Positions 49,064-54,338 of a DNA stretch of 54,338 bases are shown here, piece after piece (positions within the stretch are counted from its first letter, which is position 1; each line of letters starts with the position of its first letter). The translations under genes were made by a program, and so were the position numbers. The notes below the pieces were generated by a model. That model was given only the letters and a program-made list of their open reading frames with translations. It searched no databases and was not told where the DNA came from. This DNA comes from an uncultured archaeon. GTDB taxonomy: Archaea > Asgardarchaeota > Lokiarchaeia > Sigyniarchaeales > SOKP01. The DNA is taken from NCBI GenBank assembly GCA_964508365.1, contig CAZDTP010000023.1:1-54338 (forward strand), read 5' to 3'.

Positions 49064-50767
49064 GTGTTTAAAATGAAGGATTATTCAGGTTGGGAACCGA
49101 TTTACGATTATGAAAACGAGTCTCCCTATATCGAAAATTCAAATCGCCCCTGGCTAAAATACAGAGCTTCTAATGTTCCTAAATCAATAAAATTTGATCC
49201 AATTCCGGTTCACGAGCTTATAGGATTATCTGCTAAGAATTATCCAAATAATGTATGTATTTATCACAAATCAACTGATAAAAAATATACTTTTCGCGAG
49301 TTAACCTATATTTCAGATAAAATTTCTAACGCATTATATCAGTTAGGTACAAAAAAAGGTGATGCTATAGGTATAATGACAGAAAATTGCCCTGAATTTA
49401 TATTTTGTTGCCTTGGAATTATGAAAACTGGTGCTACCGTGATTCCCATTAATCCACTACTTAAGGAAGCGGATGTTTCTCACATCTTAAAAGAATCTGG
49501 AAATATCAAAACTGTTTTTGTTCACAAAAGAAATTTTAGAACAATGAAAAAAGCACAAAAAGGTGTAGATTTAGAAAATATAATCCTTTTGGAAGCATCC
49601 TTAGCCAAAGAAGGGACTATAACTTTAGAGGATTTTATCGAAGGTGTGGCACCCATTCGACCAGATGTAGATATCGATCCTTCAAGCGATCTTGCTACTC
49701 TTTTATTTACTGGTGGAACTACGGGATTACCAAAAGGTGTAATGTTAACTCATACTAATCTGGTTTCCTGCACACTCTCAACTTTATTAATGGCTGGTGA
49801 ACCAGAAGAGGGAGAGGATACTTTCGGTAAAACTGTCAACTTATCAGTCATACCTTTATGCCATTCTTTTGGATTTTTAATTATGATTGCAGCAGTTTTT
49901 GGAGCCGCAATGTTAGTAATGTTTCCTTCGTTTAACGCTTCTGACATTCTAGAAGCAATTGAATATTACAAAGTCATAAATTATATTGGAGTTCCAGTTA
50001 TGTATCAAATGTTAATAAATCATCCAGATTTCACAGAACGAGATCTTTCAAGCCTTGAAGAAGCAAATTCAGGTTCAGCCGCATTACCTCCAGAGTTAGC
50101 TAAAAAATGGGAAGAAATTGTTGGAATTAAGGTGGGACAAGGTTTTGGGTTAACAGAAACTTCACCCATCACTCACATGGCTGCTAAATGGATGCCAGAA
50201 ATCCGCTCTGAGAGCATTGGCGTTCCGATAATCGATACTGACGCAAAAATTGTTAATCCCGACACTTTAAAAGAACTAGAACTTGGTGAAATTGGAGAAC
50301 TATTAATAAAGGGGCCTCAAGTAATGAAAGGATATTGGAAAAATCCCGAAGAAACAAAGAGAACGATTATCAATGGTTGGTTAAGGACAGGAGATCTAGC
50401 ACGCATGGATGACCAAGGATATTTTTATATTGAAGGTCGCTCAAAAGACATAATTAAATATAAAGGATATAAAGTAATGCCGCGTGAGGTCGAAGAAAAA
50501 TTATATGAGCATCCAGCAATTCTAGAAGCTGGCGTTGTATCGGCTCCAGACCCAAATATTGGAGAAACTATTAAAGCATTTGTAGTTTTAAAACCAGAAT
50601 ACAAAGATAGCAATATAACTGAGAGGGATGTTATTGATTGGGCTAAAGAAAGATTAGCTGGGTATAAATACCCCCGCCAAGTAGAATTTTTAAATGTATT
50701 ACCTAGAACTTCAGTAGGCAAAATATTTAGGAGAAAATTAAGAGAACGGGATGAAAAAAAGCAATAA
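49064..50767 (+). CDS. Long-chain fatty-acid--CoA ligase (ANL family)
   Basis: FTGGTTGLPKGV, GFGLTET, GPQVMKGYW, LRTGDL, GRSKD, TSVGK; probable ATG at 49073. Confidence 0.93.
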   Translation: MFKMKDYSGWEPIYDYENESPYIENSNRPWLKYRASNVPKSIKFDPIPVHELIGLSAKNYPNNVCIYHKSTDKKYTFRELTYISDKISNALYQLGTKKGDAIGIMTENCPEFIFCCLGIMKTGATVIPINPLLKEADVSHILKESGNIKTVFVHKRNFRTMKKAQKGVDLENIILLEASLAKEGTITLEDFIEGVAPIRPDVDIDPSSDLATLLFTGGTTGLPKGVMLTHTNLVSCTLSTLLMAGEPEEGEDTFGKTVNLSVIPLCHSFGFLIMIAAVFGAAMLVMFPSFNASDILEAIEYYKVINYIGVPVMYQMLINHPDFTERDLSSLEEANSGSAALPPELAKKWEEIVGIKVGQGFGLTETSPITHMAAKWMPEIRSESIGVPIIDTDAKIVNPDTLKELELGEIGELLIKGPQVMKGYWKNPEETKRTIINGWLRTGDLARMDDQGYFYIEGRSKDIIKYKGYKVMPREVEEKLYEHPAILEAGVVSAPDPNIGETIKAFVVLKPEYKDSNITERDVIDWAKERLAGYKYPRQVEFLNVLPRTSVGKIFRRKLRERDEKKQ

Positions 50768-50831
50768 CTTTAGCTTACAAATAAAATTTGTTTAATTTTT
50801 TTATATAACACTTAATTTACATTTTATATAT

Positions 50832-52301
50832 GTGTCTGACTTATTTTATTGTATAAAAGATTATATTTTTGATGTGAATAGCATGAATAAGGAAGAGATA
50901 TGTTTTATGTCCGCCATCGACATGTTCGATGCAATAAGAAGGCAGGAACTAACTTCAATAGAAATAACTGAAACAATAATTGAAAGAATTGAAAAAATCA
51001 ATCCAATAACAAACGCTTATTGCACAACAACATTTAATTTAGCCCGAGAGATGGCAAAAGAAGCAGATGATAAAGTGAAAAAAGGTGAAAAGCTAGGATT
51101 ATTAAATGGTATCCCTACCTCAATTAAAGATTTAAATCCTGTAAAGGGAATTAGAACTACCTATGGCTCTAAAATTTATGAAAATTATATTCCTGATCAT
51201 GATGACATCGCAGTTCGAAGATTAAAGAAAGAAGGATGCGTAATCTTAGGAAAAACTAATACACCAGAATTTGGTTTCAAGGGCGTAACAGATAATTTAA
51301 TATTCGGATACAGCCGCAATCCATGGAACTTAGAACTTACAACGGGAGGATCCAGTGGTGGAGCAGCTTCAGCAGTTGTTTCAGGATTAGGACCTCTAGC
51401 ACAAGGATCAGATGGAGGAGGTTCAATAAGACATCCTTCAAGTTTTTGTGGAGCATTTGGTCTTAAACCAACTTATGGAAGGGTACCAAGATACCCTACG
51501 ATAGATCCAATGGGTTTGGATATAGCTGCAATTGGTCCGATTGTTCGATATGTTAAAGACGCAGCACTGATGTTAGACGCAATGAAAGGTCCATTTGAAG
51601 GGGATAAAGCTTCATTACCTAAAGATGGATTTAGATACATTGATAAAATCAGTGAAGTTCCTGAAGGACTAAAAATTGGTTACTCCTTAGATTTAGGGTA
51701 CGCAAAAGTAGTTGACGCTGAGGTTGAGAAGAATATTTTAAGTTCTGTGGAATTATTTGAGAATTTTGGATGGAATATAAATCATGCTAAAATGAAACTG
51801 CGGAAAGCTCAACTTTCATTTACAACGATCTATACTTCTGCATATGGGTATAATTTAAAGTCGTATTTAAAAGAATGGCGAGATAAAATGGACCCGGATT
51901 TAGTAAAATTAATAGATGCAGGTTTAAGTTACGATGGAATGTCCTTACCAAGAGCAATAGCCATTCGAGCCCAAATATATGAGACCATTTACAGAGTTTT
52001 CAAGGATTACGATATTATTATAACTCCTTCAACTGCTATTCCCGCTTTTAAGTTAGGAATTATGTTTCCCTCTAAGATAAACGGGATTAATGTATCTCCA
52101 ACTGCTTGGATGCCGTTTTCGTTCCCATTCAATTTAACAAGTCACCCCGCAGCTAGCATTCCTAGCGGTTGGTCAAGCAACGGATTACCTATCGGGATGC
52201 AAATTGTAGGTAAAAGATTCGATGAACTTACGGTCTTACAAGTTTCTAAAGCGTTCGAAGAATTAGCTCCTTGGCAAAATAAAAGACCAAATTTTAGTTA
52301 A
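50832..52301 (+). CDS. Amidase-signature family amidase
   Basis: SIKDL (catalytic Lys), GKTNTPEFG, GGSSGG, GSDGGGSIRHP; probable ATG at 50883. Confidence 0.93.
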   Translation: MSDLFYCIKDYIFDVNSMNKEEICFMSAIDMFDAIRRQELTSIEITETIIERIEKINPITNAYCTTTFNLAREMAKEADDKVKKGEKLGLLNGIPTSIKDLNPVKGIRTTYGSKIYENYIPDHDDIAVRRLKKEGCVILGKTNTPEFGFKGVTDNLIFGYSRNPWNLELTTGGSSGGAASAVVSGLGPLAQGSDGGGSIRHPSSFCGAFGLKPTYGRVPRYPTIDPMGLDIAAIGPIVRYVKDAALMLDAMKGPFEGDKASLPKDGFRYIDKISEVPEGLKIGYSLDLGYAKVVDAEVEKNILSSVELFENFGWNINHAKMKLRKAQLSFTTIYTSAYGYNLKSYLKEWRDKMDPDLVKLIDAGLSYDGMSLPRAIAIRAQIYETIYRVFKDYDIIITPSTAIPAFKLGIMFPSKINGINVSPTAWMPFSFPFNLTSHPAASIPSGWSSNGLPIGMQIVGKRFDELTVLQVSKAFEELAPWQNKRPNFS

Positions 52302-52404
52302 TCCTTCCCAATCATTCTATTTTTTTTTATTGTTTCTAAAATAAAATTTTTTACTGCTAATTAATTTGCTATTCATGAATTATTAGAATTTTTATGAAAA
52401 CAAA

Positions 52405-53247
52405 ATGAATAAGAAAGAACAGAGAAAGGAATTATCGAGTTTTAAAAATACTCAGATAGCATCTGAATATAGTAATTTAGAGTTTTCAGTAGTACTTAAC
52501 AAGCCAGAACACGCTGCTAATATCGGTGCAATAGCTAGACTGATGAAGAATTTCAATTTCGAACACTTGATTATCTATAATCCTATTGAAAAAGCAGAAA
52601 AGATACGAAGTTATTATACACAAGGATTCGCGATGCATGGTAAAGAAATCCTTTTTAACGCAGAAATTATAACGATTGAAAATCAAAGGGACCATCTTTC
52701 TGGTTTTAAACAACTGATGAACAGATTCGATATTAAAATTGCTTCAACAGCAAAAGGAATGCACTATACGAATATAAGAAGATTAGCTACTTTCCCTGCA
52801 GAATTAACTCTCCCTATATCAGAACAGCCACTTAAAATTGCTTTAGTTTTTGGGAGAGAGTCCCACGGTCTTACGAATAATGAAATCGAGATGACTGATT
52901 TTGTCATACGGATACCATCTGACGAGGATTACCCTACACTAAATCTCTCTCAAGCTTGTGGGATTATATTATATGAAATTTATAAAAAAATTCACAATCT
53001 AGAAATCGGAAGAGGACTCAAACCAGTCTTACTTGCAAATAAAAAAGATAAGCAAATTTTATACAATTTAATTAAGAATTTAATTAATTCTCTTAGAATT
53101 CGCACCTATAGAAAAGAAAATGTATTTTTCGCCTTTAAAAATGTTTTTGAGAGAGCGTTCCCATCTAAAAAAGAATTAAACCTTATTATAGGGGTATTTT
53201 CAAAATTGAATTCGTATTTTAAAAAAAAAGAATTGTCTGAAGATTAA
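52405..53247 (+). CDS. trmJ: SPOUT RNA 2'-O-methyltransferase, TrmJ/TrmH family
   Basis: VVL.KPEHAANIGAIARLMKNF, LVFGRESHGLTN.E, IPSDEDYPTLNLSQA. Confidence 0.85.
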   Translation: MNKKEQRKELSSFKNTQIASEYSNLEFSVVLNKPEHAANIGAIARLMKNFNFEHLIIYNPIEKAEKIRSYYTQGFAMHGKEILFNAEIITIENQRDHLSGFKQLMNRFDIKIASTAKGMHYTNIRRLATFPAELTLPISEQPLKIALVFGRESHGLTNNEIEMTDFVIRIPSDEDYPTLNLSQACGIILYEIYKKIHNLEIGRGLKPVLLANKKDKQILYNLIKNLINSLRIRTYRKENVFFAFKNVFERAFPSKKELNLIIGVFSKLNSYFKKKELSED

Positions 53248-53258
53248 ATTTAATAGTT

Positions 53259-53477
53259 CTAAATAGCTTGATAATATCTAGGCTTATGGTCATAGACGAC
53301 TATTAGTTTCTCAGGTGTATCGGTAACAATTCTTCTAATCACTTTAGACAAAGCATTATGCGTATTGTATCCCATCGCATTAGCCCATTCACCCGCAGTA
53401 GATTTACCTAATTCCTTCAATTTATCCAAGCACATTTGTTCATATGTCCTTGGAATTACTTTTTTTACTTTTGACAT
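53259..53477 (-). CDS. Small winged-helix protein (72 aa)
   Basis: GGGAGGT RBS then ATG; EQMCLDKLKELG-STAGEWANAMG helix-turn-helix and a wing LIVVYDHKPRYY. Confidence 0.75.
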   Translation of the reverse strand: MSKVKKVIPRTYEQMCLDKLKELGKSTAGEWANAMGYNTHNALSKVIRRIVTDTPEKLIVVYDHKPRYYQAI

Positions 53478-54182
53478 TAATGCCTACCTCCCAATTAGCT
53501 TTTTCCACTTAAATTTAATCTTTTAAGAAAAACACATTATTAGTAAATGTTTTAAAGATAATTGTTATCAACACTACTCCTAACAATAAGAGAAGTGATT
53601 TCAATTCTAAGCTTTATTCTGGTGGTATCTCCTAGTATTCCAATAAAATCTATCCTAAAAAAAAATTAGATAAGGGGCTATTTAAAGCATTATGTTGATT
53701 CATTGTAGAAGAATACATGTTTTTTGTACTAAGATCGAAATTAACCCGTTATATAAACTCAAAAATTTACTTTTAGTTAGGAAGAAAAATACAAGTTTTT
53801 TTTGACAAAATCGAATTTTATGTTATTAAAATGTAATTTAGGAAACAAAATTAATAAACTAAAAATAGTATTTTAACGAATCTCGAATTTGCGTAATATT
53901 TTTGGGTTAATGATTGTTCCACTAATAAGATTCCACTTTAAAATTTTTACTCATTTAAATATGTCTTCAGAATTGGGAATGGTTTCCCATACAAAAATCG
54001 ATTTTTTTATGATTTAACAATTAATGGGTTAATATTTGAGAGTTAAAGAATTAAAGAAAATTAGAGAATTACGATAAACCGCATATGTGAAGAGTTTTAA
54101 ATAAAACTGAAGAGTTTGTTATTGTGAATAGACCTAATGTTAGAAAAGTCATGTAAAATAGGAAAAAAGTACAATCAACCAA

Positions 54183-54297
54183 GACTCCTGCGCCACTATG
54201 AATTTTTGTCTTTTGGTAGCGTAATAATTACGCCCAATCAGTATTCTTCCCCTATTTAACTTTTTTACCTAACTATTAGGTCTTGGCGACAGGAGTC
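54183..54297. other. ~115-nt multibranch inverted-repeat structure (candidate ncRNA or MITE)
   Basis: Closing stem GACTCCTG-CGCCA (54183-54195) / TGGCG-A-CAGGAGTC (54284-54297); internal hairpins at 54213-54237 and 54267-54281. Confidence 0.55.
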
Positions 54298-54338
54298 ATC
54301 TTTTCTAAAAGAAAGAAGTTTAATTTTGGAAATACAAT

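Noticed and set aside
50832-52301. gatA assignment for the amidase
   Set aside because: It has GKTNTPEFGFKGVTDN rather than the GatA-type GKTNMDEFAMGSSTE, and no gatB or gatC is adjacent.
35951-53685. 12-bp repeat GGGCTATTTAAA at 35951 and 53674
   Set aside because: Many 12-mer matches are expected by chance in 54 kb of AT-rich DNA; no third copy was noticed.
53550-53720. Two short minus-strand frames that could be joined by slippage at a T9 tract
   Set aside because: The joined peptide has no protein-like features and no RBS.
54183-54297. Reading the terminal structure as tRNA, 5S rRNA or SECIS
   Set aside because: No T-loop or anticodon arm, no conserved 5S loop motifs, no tandem GA quartet, and no UGA-interrupted gene nearby.
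1-54338. CRISPR array, rRNA, integrase/prophage or Sec/Pyl read-through
   Set aside because: I saw no regularly spaced repeats, rRNA-like segments, phage hallmark genes or domain-splitting in-frame stops. This was by eye only, so short or degenerate elements could be missed.

Overview
AT-rich archaeal chromosomal segment, most consistent with an Asgard archaeon (Lokiarchaeia-like). The basis is an actin-family gene, two small-GTPase proteins, longin-like domains, a cell-surface protein with an IPGF sorting tail, an archaeal TFB and GGAGG/AGGTG ribosome-binding sites. It holds about 45 protein genes: an ISH3-type transposase at the left edge; housekeeping genes (tfb, nfo, topoisomerase IA, purD, phi, TrmJ-like methylase, CDP-alcohol phosphotransferase); redox and catabolic enzymes (AOR, a GlcD/GlcF-like pair, GH116, M32 peptidase, acyl-CoA ligase, amidase, a corrinoid-methyltransferase fusion); and several eukaryote-signature-like proteins. 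The strongest lead is at 18.5-21.8 kb. There a coiled-coil/polyproline protein ending in a WH2-like helix plus LKKI lies two genes upstream of a divergent actin-related protein with altered catalytic residues, which suggests an actin plus nucleation-factor-like module. Other leads: a run of genes encoding a Rab-like GTPase, a coiled-coil protein, a lipid synthase and a longin-GTPase; a corrinoid domain whose cobalt-ligand His is replaced by Trp; probable ATT/ATA-initiated genes, one of them missed by the ORF track; and a ~115-nt multibranch inverted-repeat structure at the right edge. I saw no rRNA, tRNA or CRISPR array. All family calls come from motif recognition by eye; no database search was run.
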